Shown: positions 20,863-33,126, counted from the first letter of the whole stretch. The stretch: DNA of 62,390 bases, filler included, from Vannella sp. (GCA_023345925.1; 7 parts of 7 records of this genome joined end to end with filler, not necessarily neighbours in it); one strand, 5' to 3'. A program made the numbers and translations. Notes: generated by a model not told the origin, from the sequence alone.

Positions 20863-21594
20863 ATGGACTTTGCAGATCGTTTGGAGTTGTCCAAGCAGTT
20901 GTTGACGGAGCTAAAGAGAGGGAAAATTCTCAACTCCCTGGGATCTGCAGAAGAGCTCTTGCTTCAGCAAAGCAGAACCTCTCTTTCCGAGCTCCTTCTG
21001 AAGGTTCCAGAGGATGTTTCAAAGCACTTTGATTGGCCCTCTGTTGTCGATCGAATATGGAGGCATCGCAACTTTGCAGTGCGCATGGAAAGGGTACCAG
21101 AAAGGAACTCTATCTTCGCAGATAGCTTTAAAGACTTGGTATCCCCTGTGATTCGGCTCGATTCTAGCCGCGAGCAAGCTTCTCGAGAGCTTTTTGAAGC
21201 TCTGTCTTGCCAAAACGGAGGACCTTTCATGTGCCAAGCTCACGATCCGGACATTCCCATTTGTGGAAATACTATCGCTTCGAATTGCACAGTGGATGCA
21301 GGAAAGCTGCGGCAGTGTTGGGAGAATTACACCAAAGCTTCAAAGTCCACTGCGTTTGTCAGTCTTCCCCCAGGTTCAGAACCCAGGAGAGTTCTGAAAG
21401 AGGACTTTCATGAGAAGAAGGTTCTCGAGTTCCTCAAAGAAAAGCGCCCAAATCGAGACACTGACGGCCTGCTTCCCATTCCCCAGAAGGTGCTCGTTGT
21501 CCCTTTTCTCCAAACCATTCTTGAAGAGGTGTCTCGCATCGTTCTGGAGTTGGGTAGCTTTGCCAATTCACCAAGGAACTCAACTTTGCATTAA
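20863..21594 (+). CDS. Hypothetical protein (possibly 5' truncated)
   Basis: 243-aa open frame at the contig start; no recognised motif. Confidence 0.55.
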   Translation: MDFADRLELSKQLLTELKRGKILNSLGSAEELLLQQSRTSLSELLLKVPEDVSKHFDWPSVVDRIWRHRNFAVRMERVPERNSIFADSFKDLVSPVIRLDSSREQASRELFEALSCQNGGPFMCQAHDPDIPICGNTIASNCTVDAGKLRQCWENYTKASKSTAFVSLPPGSEPRRVLKEDFHEKKVLEFLKEKRPNRDTDGLLPIPQKVLVVPFLQTILEEVSRIVLELGSFANSPRNSTLH

Positions 21595-21698
21595 ATCCGG
21601 AAGTTGGGAACCTGACGCTATGCTGACTAGAGAGATTAAACAGAAAGGGCAAACACAGGGAAAGCTCATTGACCTTCATTCTGGTACACTCTTCTCTT

Positions 21699-22616
21699 TC
21701 AGTGCGTCCGCGAGCGCTTGAGAGGAGGGGAAACTGGCGCCTTGTCCAAACGGGATTGGCGATTTCGTCGTACAACGACTTGTCGCCGGAGGAGGCTGTT
21801 CGAGGAGTAGAAGCTTCCTTGTGCTCCTTCAAGCTTCCTCTGAGTGAGTGAATTGGGAAGTGCCTGCGGTCTCGAGCGCTTTTGGAGAAGCTGTGGATTG
21901 ACTTTCGGCACGGTGGGGAGAACGAGAGCTTTGGGCGATGGCTTCACCTCCTCCTCAATTTCAAACTCTTCCAAAAGGAAAGAAATGAGACGAGAAATGG
22001 GCTTTGGGGACGTCGCTTTGGGAAATAACTCTCGGAGGAAGAGAATGAATTCGGGGAAGTATTGAGTCGGCGTTGCGGCCGAGGGAGAGTCCATACAAAC
22101 TACTAAAGGGTTCACCCATTTGAGTAGCATCTTTTGAAGTGCTCGAGAGCTCCCCCAAAGTCTCAGTGATGAGTCCAGGACCGAAAGGTCGTGGCGGTAA
22201 CTTTCAATTATCAGAAACACTCTCGTTATGAGCTCCTGTCGGAGCGTTTGAACTGGGAAATCGTTCCAGATGGTGGCTCCCTTGTTATTGATGTCCGTAG
22301 AAGCCTGCGTTAGGGAGGAAAGAGTGGGCAATGGGGTTGTGGGCAGTTGCTGGGCAACATTCTGTTTGATACTCTCAAGGAATAGTCGATCTGAGGCATC
22401 TTTTGGAGCAGAAGACACCTGAATAGACCCTTCAGTCTCAAAGCAGCTGTTCCTTAGCTCAAGAGCAGACATCATCAACACACCCGGCATCCCACCGCTA
22501 TTCCCCACCCTCTTCGCACACTCCTCAGCGATTATCTGACATCCAAGCGCCTCTTCCCGCATCCCAGCATAACTCCGAACCTCCAGAACCACCCTGACAC
22601 CCTCCCTCTCACTCAT
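21699..22616 (-). CDS. Hypothetical protein
   Basis: About 305-aa ORF with a G-rich 5' end like other genes here, divergent from MRT4, basic C-terminus. Confidence 0.65.
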   Translation of the reverse strand: MSEREGVRVVLEVRSYAGMREEALGCQIIAEECAKRVGNSGGMPGVLMMSALELRNSCFETEGSIQVSSAPKDASDRLFLESIKQNVAQQLPTTPLPTLSSLTQASTDINNKGATIWNDFPVQTLRQELITRVFLIIESYRHDLSVLDSSLRLWGSSRALQKMLLKWVNPLVVCMDSPSAATPTQYFPEFILFLRELFPKATSPKPISRLISFLLEEFEIEEEVKPSPKALVLPTVPKVNPQLLQKRSRPQALPNSLTQRKLEGAQGSFYSSNSLLRRQVVVRRNRQSRLDKAPVSPPLKRSRTH

Positions 22617-22730
22617 CCACCAAACAATAGCTCCCACTCAAACCGCCAATTATGTTCCCGCCCTCCCACCCTCCTTATCAACCCCCACCATTATGGGTGA
22701 CATCCCCTAATTAACCCAACATATTTCCGT

Positions 22731-22816
22731 ACAATCAGATGCCCTAGAAAGGGCAGGTACATTGAAGGCCTTCTTGGCCAATGGGAGAAGAGGAGATTCG
22801 ACCAATGGGAGAAGAG
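22731..22816. promoter_or_regulatory. CCAAT boxes in divergent promoter
   Basis: Direct repeat CCAATGGGAGAAGAG at 22778 and 22802, plus CAATCAGAT at 22732, between two divergent ATGs. Confidence 0.55.
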
Positions 22817-22852
22817 ATTATGGCTTTCCTCTCGCAGCCAGCCTTTTGATCC

Positions 22853-23793
22853 ATGCCAAAGTCCAAACGAAACAAAGTTGGTACGTGCCTTTGCTTGGGT
22901 GGAAGGGGAGTGGATCGGAAGGAGAGGGCTGACGAGAGGGTCCTCAGTGTCGCTCACGCAGACTCCGAAAAAGGGAACGGAGCGGAAGCAAGAGTTGGCA
23001 GAGAACGTCCGCGAGGCGATGGAGTCGTACCAGAGAGTTTTTGCGTTCTCTACCAACAACATGCGTAACACAGCGTTGAAGGATGTGCGCCAACAGTGGA
23101 AGCACAGTCGGTACGAATCAGTCGCTCCTCTCCAAGGCGCCCTGTCTGATCCCTCTCCGCCTTTGCGCTTGGTTTAGCTTCTTCTTTGGAAAGAACAAGG
23201 TTATGTCTCTAGCTCTGGGCCGAACACCTGAAGAGGAGGCCCGGGAAGATCTCCACAAAGTCTCCGCTCATCTGGTTGATCAATGCGGCCTTCTCTTCAC
23301 GAATGAGTCCAGCGAGGATACCAAAGAGTGAGTGGATGACGTAGACGTTGGTGATCCCCTCAGGAGCCTTCTAATCCTCCCCAGATTCTTCGCCAGCTTC
23401 AGTGTGTCCGACTTTGCACGATCAGGCTCCACCGCCACGATCACCATCGAGTTCCCAGTTGGTCCTATCAAGAGACACGAGCTCTCTGAAGACGACGTCG
23501 CTCTACCCCCTTCCGCCTTGAACATGCTCCACTCTTTGGGCATGAAAGAGGCTTTCCTCAACAAGGGCATCATCGAACTGCGCCAGCCCTTCACTGTCTG
23601 CACACTCGGCAAGGTGATGACTCCTGAACAGTGCCGCATTCTGGTATGATCCCCCTGTGGACGCCCTTCTCCCTTCTCCTCTAACGTGATCTAGAAACTG
23701 TGGAATATCCGTCTGGCGGACTTCCGGTTCCTGTTGCAGTGTGAATACGAGTTCGCCACGAAGGAGTACTCCAACTTGCTGTCGAACAAGTGA
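22853..23793 (+). CDS. MRT4: Ribosome assembly factor Mrt4, 5 exons
   Basis: MPKSKRNKV|SLTQTPKKG, NMRN, FFFGKNKVM..ALG, GLLFTN, DFARSG, TPEQCRIL|KL. Confidence 0.96.
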
Positions 23794-23824
23794 GTGGGGA
23801 GCGCGTGCGACGGATAAAGCTTCG

Positions 23825-25361
23825 TTATTGGCTGAGAGACTTTGCTCCGTCCACCAGAGCTGGCTTGTTCGCTTGGAATTCGTAGTAATCGCCGTACAAC
23901 TCGATGCCTGACAGCACCAGGAAGTTGCGGTTGCTGGAACTGTGGCCAGTCTGGAGAACGCGAAACTTCTGGAAGGCTCGGTCGGTCTCGATCTCCCACG
24001 TGCACCTTTGGGAGGGCGCGCTGAGGGATTGGTCGTTGGTGTGCCTTCGTAAGAGAACCCAGTCACGGCCATCATTCGACCCCTTCGCACCTTGGAGTGA
24101 GACAAAGGAGAGACGGAGGCGGAGCGTTCTTACCTGAAAGTCCCACGTTCGGAGGAAGTCAGAGCGGTAGCTACCTCCATGACGTAGCGTGTAGTGAGTG
24201 GGTTGGACAACTTGTCCTTCTCGGAGGTCAATGCAGAACCAAGAGGCGGGAACATCTTGTGTCCATAACTCCCCCGGTGCCAGTGCCACAACGCAGCTTT
24301 CGTGGCCTTTAAACAATGACGAGGCTGTTACAATCACTCTGAATGCACAGATTTGAGCCTCAGGGTCTCCTTCAGAGTGGTCTCTACTCACTTGCCGGAC
24401 ATGTGCGGGTTAATGTACTGTTGTGTGCCTTTGTTTGACCCTATCCAATGGATGACACCATCGCCCACCCCATTGTTGTAATCAAACTGCATTCCAAAGG
24501 AAGCTCGAGGCTGTAGTCTGCGTTATCAGAGGAGTGAGTAGGTGACTTGTCACTTAAACTGGGAAAGAGGTACCGGGGATTCAGCAATTCCTGCTCCAGT
24601 AGGCGGTCAGGGTTTTCATGATATAGCAAGCGAGCCATGATGGCCTCTGTAAAGAGAGAGAAGGGGACAATAGCATCCTTTAACACTTGTTCCAGTTGCT
24701 CATAACTCATCCAGCGGAAGCGAATACACCCCATCACATGCTCAATCTGCTGAGTATTCATCCTATCACTATTTTGCTTGATATAAGCACGAACCAGCTG
24801 ATACAGCTCGTGTTCATCCCCAACCGTCAAATACTCTTCTTGCAAAAGGCGGCAAAAGATCGCCGAAGGAAGGAAGTTCCAGTCCACATGACTCTGAAAT
24901 CGACAGAAGTTCTTAGCTATGATCGAAATGCAGCGGTCAATCACTTCCTGGACGTTATAACTGAGCGAATCCCTCAAAGTGGCAATCACATTGCTCCGGT
25001 TTGTGTGGGCACAGATAAATTCAGCGGCCTTTTGACGAAGAGAGTCAATGAGATAGTGGTCTGAGAGTGCTAGAAGTGGCATGGCGTTGGATTCAGTGAT
25101 GTTAACGTGCCCTTCATAGATGAACTGAAGGACTTTGGGGAACAGGTCGCATGGATCCTCCAGTTTGAGCTCTACACGAGTGCTATCTCGTTCTTTGAAC
25201 TCAGAGGTGAGTAAACTAGCAAAGTAATCCGACGCGTAGATCAATAAGAGCCGATGGACACGATAAGTCCTCCTTTCTGTCTGTAACTCCAAGTCTGCAA
25301 AGTCCCCAGACTCCAAGTAGCTTCCAAACCCCTTTCCCACATATCCTTCATCAGCTAACAT
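23825..25361 (-). CDS. BTB-BACK protein with C-terminal discoidin/F5-8-like (HECTD1-type) domain
   Basis: FADLEL...VHRLLLIYASDYF; BACK region with IRFRWM; WFCIDL...PTHYTLRHG...LRTWDFQ|GSNDGRDW...LSGIELYG. Confidence 0.9.
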
Positions 25362-25488
25362 CGCCACACGGCCTCCTTTCCGCTCACCTCCAGGAACAAG
25401 TGCGCCGGAACTAAACCAGGCAAACCCACGTCTCCCACAGCCGCCGCCATAATAAATGGTAACGAAATTGGATTTTTAAGGCATTTGC

Positions 25489-28400
25489 ATGGACGAGGGA
25501 ATGATTGGGACCATTTCTTTGTTATCCCGTGAGCGGGGCGGGTACGTGGGCTTGGGGAGGGCGTTGGAGGGACTAACTAGGGGACAGTGAGGATAGGAGA
25601 CGTCGTGGAAGATCAAGTTTTGAAGGGCGTGAGGAGTGGGGAGGGCGAGAGTGAATGGGACGGGTTTCCCGTCAAGGAAGACCTCCTGGGGAGTTATGTG
25701 GGGGATGCACGCCTCTATGAAGCTGGCCTGGAGGAAGAGGAAGAAGAAGAGTTTGACGCGGAGACTGAACTGCTGATGAATCTCGCTGATGGCGTCGACT
25801 TGGAGCTCCTCTTGGCCGCTTTCGTTCCAGGCAACGAACCCTTGCAAGAGCTGATGCTCCAAAACGAGGTGGTTATTGATAGCGAGGTGATTCGTGCAAA
25901 GGACCCTCATGGATACTCCTCCCTTCACTTGGCCGCCTCCCAAGGCCTTACCACTTTCGCTGAGTACCTGATGCTCCAGGTAAGATACTCCCAGCTCAGA
26001 CGAGATGGACCTGATGGAACAGCGGTAAGGCATCAACCTTAGACGATCCAGATGCATACGGGAACACTCCTCTGCACTGGGCTGTTCTGCATTCAGACAA
26101 TTGGCCACTTGTGGACTTGATGGCACTTCAGGGAGCTTCTGTGGATCTTTGTAATAAGAAGGGACAATCACCACTGCATCTGGTAGGCTCCTGACTCGAC
26201 CCTGGCGTTGAAACTGACAAGGAGGGACCGTGGTAGGCGTGTATAACCGGCCATGTGGGCTGTGTCCGGTCTCTCCTCATGCAAGATGCAAACCCTTGTC
26301 TCCAGGATCATTCAGGGCTGACGAGCCTTAGCACAGCACTTCTGAATGGGCGAGATAGTGTGGTGGACATTCTCCTACATGATCCGCTTCACGCAGACAC
26401 TCTCCTACACTCTCGAGACCATTCTGGGCGCTCTGTATTTCATGCTGCAGCTGCTGCACAGTATCCTGATGGCTCCTCCATCATGCCTGAGACCATTGTG
26501 AAGATGCTTTTGGACAAAGGAGCGAATCCCCGCGCGTCTGATCATCAAGGGCGCACTCCACTCTTTTGGGCCCTTTCTAGTAACAATTTGGCCATCTTTC
26601 AATGTTTGGCACAGGAGGAAAAGGACAATTTGGCCCAGATTGATTCTTTGGGGCGATCGTTGTCACATTATGCTGCTCTTTATAACAATGAGGCGGCTTT
26701 AAAGTACTTGTTGGAACGCCATCCTGAGCAATGCAATCAACCGGACCGTGACGGATGCACCCCTTTACATGCAGCAGCTGGTACTGGCGCCTGCGTTTTG
26801 CGATTGATAGCCCACGGCGCTGACCCATTTGCCCAAAATCATGCTGGTCTTACACCTTTGCATTATGCCCTTATCTCAGGCCACGAGGATAGCGCCACTG
26901 ATATGTTAGTCAGTGTGTCTGGGGAAATTCTTGCCACACCAAAACAGTTAGCTGTGTTGGACCGGAATGGAAGAACCCTCCTTCATTTTTGTGCGGCTCA
27001 GGGATTCGAGAAACTTTTCCTTCTCTTGAGAGGAGCAGGAGTCAGTGATAAGCAGAAAGATAACGATGGGAATACTCTCATCCATTTTGCAGCCAATTTT
27101 GGGAGTCTGAATGTCATCAACGTTATCTTTGCAGATCTTCACAAACATCGCCTCTCTTCTTACATTACCGGTGCCAACAGTGCGTCCCAAAAGCCTCTGC
27201 ATCTAGCCGCTGCGCGGGGTGATGTGCCAACTTGCCAATTCCTTCTGGAGAACCGGGCTCCCTCTTGGGCTCCTGATCGATATGGATGCACTGCACTGCA
27301 TTACGCTGCTCTATTTTGTAATATTGCCACCCTTGAACAGCTTTTGAATCCCAAAGAGATCAACAAAACGGACAAAAACGGTGCAACTGCCCTTCATTAT
27401 GCCGCTCTCGGCGGGGACACCTCCATTGTCGAGACACTTCTCAGTGCAGGTATTAATCTCCTGGCCAGAGACACCCAAGGGCGGACAGCCGTGTTTTACT
27501 CTCGCGATGACAAAATGCTCCTCTTCCTTGAGCGGTTGGGACTAGAAGCTGAAGAATTAGATAAGCAAAAGAGAAACATGCTGTTCACTACCATCCAGCT
27601 TCACAGGCGATCTTTATTCCTGACTTTGGTGGGAGTTTACCAAATGGACATTGAACTGAGGGACAAGAACAAAGCCACTTTGTTACACCAGGCTGCCTTT
27701 TGTGGTGATCTGTGGTTCATTAACTTCTTGCTTGTCAATACCTCATTGAATGTGTCTCTTGTGGATGTTCACCGGCGCACACCAATCCACTATGCTGCAG
27801 CACAGGGACACTCTCAGGCTATCTCCCGACTAATGGCAACTGGAAGTGCAGAAGAACAAGAGTATATGATTGACCTTCGAGACACTCAGGGACGGTCGGC
27901 TCTTGATGCAGCAGCATTCTTTGGGCATGCCGAGTGCGTGGAGGTTATCACCTCGTTCATGAACCCCGAGAAGATCTATTTCCCTGCAAAAGATGGCCGC
28001 ACCCCTTTGCATGCGGCTATCAACAACCTTTTAGACCAGCCCATTGGACGCATTATTGAAGCACTCCAAGTCTTCTTTGACCTCAACGCTGTGGACCGGA
28101 ACAATCGTTCCTGCCTTCACCGAGCAGTCTACAACAAGCTTCCCCAAACAACAGGACTGCTTTTGGAGAGAGGGGCAGATATCAACGCCCAGGATAAGAA
28201 AGGGCTCACCCCTCTAATGATTGCTGTCTTTCTAAATGCAGAAGAGGTGCTGGAAACGATAATGGAGTACTACCCAGACACATCTTTGCAGGATAAGAAG
28301 GGTCGAACAGCGGAAGACTATCTTCTCAAGCGTCAAAAGCTGGATGAAGGGGACAGCTCAGAGTATGAAGATGCCGAAGAACTTACTCCTGCTTCATCTC

Positions 28401-28792
28401 CCGCCTCTGCTGAAGAGGCAATACCAGAAACCAACTCCAAATCTAACAAGAACGGAACGCTTCGCATCAAATCTAACAAATCTAGAGCATCAGACGCGGT
28501 TACATTGGAAGGAACGGACGAAATTGCCACTCCAACCCCAACAAAGTCTGAGACCGAAGTACTCGTGCTTGAGAATCAAGTAAGTGTTTGATTTGATTCC
28601 CAAACTGGAAAGTGACTAATGGCAACGAAAGCCTCTTTCTCTCCGAATGCGGATGCTCGTAAGATATCTCTGGCTGGGGAGCCTCTCCACATCCCTTCTC
28701 TTCCTTTTTGGCTTCCTCTTCTGTAAGTTCCAACTTCACCATTTCTGCCATTTCTCACTCCTCTTCTCTTCCCAGTCCGTCCAAGAAAATAG
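25489..28792 (+). CDS. Large ankyrin-repeat protein with C-terminal tail anchor, multi-exon
   Basis: Many GxTPLHxAA repeats. First intron 25529-25587. Terminal introns 28580-28631 and 28723-28775 give ...RYLWLGSLSTSLLFLFGFLFFRPRK*. Confidence 0.88.
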
Positions 28793-28846
28793 ATTCCCGC
28801 CATGTCACCCTCTGTAACATACTTCCCCTGGGACTAAACTTGCCAA

Positions 28847-28911
28847 GAGAATGAGAATGAGAATGACAATGGCAATGAGAATGAGAATGAGAATGGCAAT
28901 AGCAATGAGAA
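28847..28911. repeat. (GAGAAT/GGCAAT)n hexanucleotide microsatellite
   Basis: About 10 imperfect units between two convergent stop codons. Confidence 0.9.
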
Positions 28912-28914
28912 GGA

Positions 28915-29352
28915 CTATTTAACCTTGGGTTTGTTAATGAGAAGGCAATGAATGTCCAGGAAAGTGCAGATTTGATTGATCACAGAAACCACATAATGTG
29001 AGAATAACAACAAAGACACCCCCAACAAGGCCACCCCGCTGTACAGTTCAGGGACAATAGGTTCCCCTCCCAACACTACTCCTGAGAGAGAGTTGAGTGC
29101 CACGCATCCAAGAAGGATGTGAGGGCGCTGAATGGTGGCAAAGGGCTCAACGGTCACATGAGCCAAGATCAAACGACTCTGTACCAATTTGAGGAGCCGT
29201 TGGAAGGAGCAAAGAGGGATGACTTACTGTTAACTCTCCCATACACAAAGCAACTCCAAGTACAAACAGATACGGATAGTCTCGCATCACATCAGAAAGG
29301 GAATACCACAAAGTTGTCAAGAGAGCAATGAGACCAAAAGATATCAATCCAC
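28915..29352 (-). CDS. C-terminus of choline/ethanolamine phosphotransferase (CEPT1/EPT1-like), 5' truncated
   Basis: Multiple TMs, SRLILAHVT and the typical ending HYVVSVINQICTFLDIHCLLI. The catalytic motif lies outside the contig. Confidence 0.72.
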
Positions 29353-29452
29353 NNNNNNNNNNNNNNNNNNNNNNNNNNNNNNNNNNNNNNNNNNNNTTAA
29401 TTAATTAANNNNNNNNNNNNNNNNNNNNNNNNNNNNNNNNNNNNNNNNNNNN

Positions 29453-29625
29453 GAGAGAAGTCGTGAGTGGCGAGGGCATTTCCCCTTGTTTGGGTCCTCA
29501 AACACCCAAAAAGTGAAAAAATGAAATCAGTCCAAAAGCTTATCCTGAAAAGATGGTGGTCATCAGGACACTCTACGCAAACACGAGTTTTGGAACCCTC
29601 TTCCCCTTCGCTCGTGGATTTTCTC
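29453..29625. repeat. Dispersed repeat, copy 2 (at contig start)
   Basis: Contiguous version of the two blocks at 291-327 and 442-558. Confidence 0.9.
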
Positions 29626-30064
29626 CAGCCTGGGTGACTGATCGTGCATTGGATGCAGAAAGTTGAAAACCTAAAAACATATAAAAATTCGATTCCACCC
29701 ACTCATCATCGATTTTGGGCCCATTTTCGGTCCTGCTTGAGCAGGTTCACTTGTGAGTATGATTTCCTTCTCAATGGCATAGCCAATAAGAACGGAGCCG
29801 CAAAGACTATCGAACCAGCCCGCACGGAGAGAGGTGCGCAGCGCGGAAGGCGTGCTTTTTCTTTTCGGCTTCACGGAGAGCCTTCAGAGGACCCGATTGA
29901 GGGGAAAGGTGATCGAGGAAATCAATTTTTCATGCTTATCGATGCCAGAGAGAATTTCTTTCATTCTTATCGGGAGAAGGGAGAGGATGCGCTCCCGCTT
30001 TCGGAAACAAGCCGAGGAAGGGAAGCCTTTGGGGCTGAATCGACAGAGAATTGAAGAGGGAGTG

Positions 30065-33000
30065 ATGCGATTGGACTCACTGAAGGCGCACTTGCAGCCG
30101 GTGACGGAGAAGTTCAACAAGGCCATGCAGGCGAGCATGAGTCCGTTCCTTCTCATTTATTAGTTCGCCAGAGGCATTTCTCACTGTTAGGTAGCTTCAT
30201 CACAACTATTCCGTTATGCTGCAGATGAAATGGCACAAGAAGGGACCGAACTCCAACGAGAACCGGAGACTTACTACCTCGGTGCGAACCCTTCCCCCAT
30301 TCCTCCGCCCTCCTCACCTGAAACGCAGGCGAGTGGCTTAAGAAGATTGGAAAGCAACTTAAACAGTCCCAAGAGATGCTCCACGAACTCGTACGCCTCG
30401 CAACCGCGTGGCAGTTGGCCTTCCTCTGACCCTGAACAGAATCAAGGCATTGTGGAAGGCTTCATACGTGGAGCTGAGCAGTTCATTGCCAAAGACTACG
30501 TCGAAGTCAAGTCAACGAAGAAGAGGTTCGACAGAATCTGCTTGGCGTGCGACTCCGCTCGTACCAAGCTTCAGCAGGAGCAGCAGAAGAAGAAGGTGCC
30601 TGAGAAGAAGATAGCTGAAGTAAGAAACCACGAACGTACCTCTCTCCTTCTTCTAAGACGCCTTGTAGCTGCAATTGGAGTTGACTCAGCAAAAGGAGCT
30701 GAAGAACTCCATCAAGAAGTCCTCTGCGGACCACGTAGAGGATTTGGAGCAGCAAGTGTATCGTTCGAGTGTAGAACACCTCATAGCCGTCTCTGTTTCA
30801 CTTCAAAAGTACTTCGAAGAGGGCTCCCGCCTTCACAAGAGAGCCCCAGCGGACGCAGAAGTCGCTACCAAAGAGTTTGAGGTTGGTTAGTGGCATAAGT
30901 GAGCCTATTGCTCACCACAGGATGTCTAGAAACACTTGGAGAATCGAAAGGAGGGTCGAACGAGTGTCGCGGAGAGTCCTTTGAGGTTATCTGCTGTTGT
31001 GGGTGACTCTGAATCTCCTTCCAATAAGCGAGAATCTTCTTCAACGCCGCGTGTCGCAGGAGCCAATGAAGGCGGAGTAACTGCACGTTCTCGCTCAACA
31101 ACAGATAGTGCAGCGTCCCCCTCCACTACGAGATCTCGACGGGGCACCAGGGTTGGCAGTATGTTCCTCATCAAGCAATCTTCTTCTTATGCACGTCACA
31201 GAGGTGTGGAAAGCAACACAGGGATTCATGCAACGATATCAAAACGACTCAGCAGCTTGCGGGGAGCCTCAGTTAGTGCTTCTTCATCGCGCTATCTTTG
31301 AAGAAGACGTTCTCATCTTTAAACTTGGTGAAGTCATCAAGGTTTGGCACTCTCCAGGCTTTTGGTGAGGAGTGTCTGACGATTCCGGGCCTGAATTAGT
31401 TCTTTTTGGAGCCTTTGGAAGCCCAGATAGGGTCTAACACTAATTCTCTCAGTCAAGAGGAGATTTCTTCTATTTTTGGGAACATAAGGGACGTTGAGCA
31501 AGCTCATATGAGTGTAAGTTGTGAACTGTCAAGTTTCCCCGTCTGACTGATGAGGTTCAGATTATAAGCCAACTTCGCGATTGCCTGAGCCAATGGCCGT
31601 CTATCTCATTACAGCAAGTTTTGCACAACATTGTGCCTCTACTTGAAGTGCATGTGCCTTATGGAGCCAACCAAGTCATTTCTGCTGCTGTCCTGGAGGA
31701 TCTAATCAAACGGAAACGAGGAATTCAGAGCTTTATTGTGAGTTTTCGCCCATTTAGCTAATTCTAGCGAACTCAATCGAATGTAGACTTCAGATGAAGA
31801 CCTAAATGAGCTACTGCGGGACCCTGTCACGACTCTTCATCAAATGTCCACTCTAACAAATGACCTTTTGGGGATACTCCCGACGGATGAAGAGAAGAAG
31901 GCATTCCGACACACCCAAAGACTTATCCAAAGAATGAGATTGTCTATGAAGGCCAAAGAGGTTCCAAAGTCAGTCATCGCCGAGCTTTTAGACGTCAATG
32001 ACCAAGTCCACTTCCTCGGGAAGTGGGACAGTTGCGTCACTTTGACCCGACGACTCATTAAGACGGGGCCTGCGATGATTCAGGTTGAATCTCGTGATGA
32101 ATCTGCTGTCTGTGCAAAGAGCAAGTTCATTGTCTTCCTGATGAATGACACGATTGTGTGTTCAAAGAAGAACAAACTTTTACAACGAGAAAGCGGCAAG
32201 ATCCACCCCCAACGGAGAGAAAAGAAGCTTAGAGAGATCTATCACATATCAATGCGTCAACTTAATCTCTTGGAGCTCCCAGACAACGAAGAGAACCGGT
32301 TAACCATCAAGTTTGTGGAGTCTTCTTCGAAGGATATTGAGAAGAAGTTTTCTATCTTTTGCGGATCCAAAGAAGAGAAACAGGAGTGGATATACGCAAT
32401 CAATCAAGGTATAGAATTCGTCAATCAACGCAAGGTGATTGGAGTAGCTTTTGAACTGTTAATGGCCTCCGAAAGGGAAGAAGGCAACTTGGTTCCAAGC
32501 TTAGTGGAACAATGCACATCCTCCCTGGTCTCAACAGGAGCCCTTAAGAAAGAAGGTCTGATCAGAGTGTCAGCAAATAACAGCGATATGCTGGATTTGA
32601 CGAACAAGATCAACGAAGGGCTGGAGGTTTCTATGACAGAATTGGACTCTTATCTTGTCGTCTGCTTGCTCAAGAAGTTCTTCCGCGATATGCCAGAGTG
32701 TATATTCACATCTCCTCTGTATGAGAAGCTCATCAAGCTATCTGGTAGGCCCTTCCACTCTTCCTCTTTCTCCATTTACTAATTGGTGCGTTCAAAGCCT
32801 CCCCTGATCCCCAGGCTCGCTTGGAAAGTTATAAGGAAGCTATAGAAGGCCTACCTCTTGCAAACCAATTCACATTGCAGCATATGTTCTCGTTCTTCTC
32901 GCTTCTGGCGAGTTATCAAGAAGAGAACAAAATGAATTCTCTCAACATTGCCGTTGTCATGGCCCCCATCATGCTCTGTCCCCAACACTTAGACCCCGCC

Positions 33001-33126
33001 ACGATGATGGCCAACCAAGGCACAACCATTTCCATCATCCAAGAGATGATTGACCACTCCAAACTCCTTTTCGAGCAAATCAAACTTAAAAAGCTCGAAA
33101 TAGACTCCGCTCACTCCAGCGTCTAA
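30065..33126 (+). CDS. BAR-like, degenerate DH (RhoGEF), PH and RhoGAP protein, multi-exon
   Basis: BAR-like KKRFDRICLACDSARTKL; DH-like FLEPL...ISSIFGNIRDV; PH FIVFLMND...EKQEWIYAI; GAP EGLIRVSA, LLKKFFRDMPE, NKMNSLNIAVVMAP. Confidence 0.82.

Noticed and set aside
29644..30054. 136-aa plus-strand ORF next to the repeat as a gene or transposase
   Set aside because: No recognisable motif, and it overlaps the likely promoter of the downstream gene.
30131..30194. Non-canonical GC-AG first intron in the BAR-RhoGAP gene
   Set aside because: A nearby GT-AG alternative of normal size also keeps the frame; this cannot be decided without transcripts.
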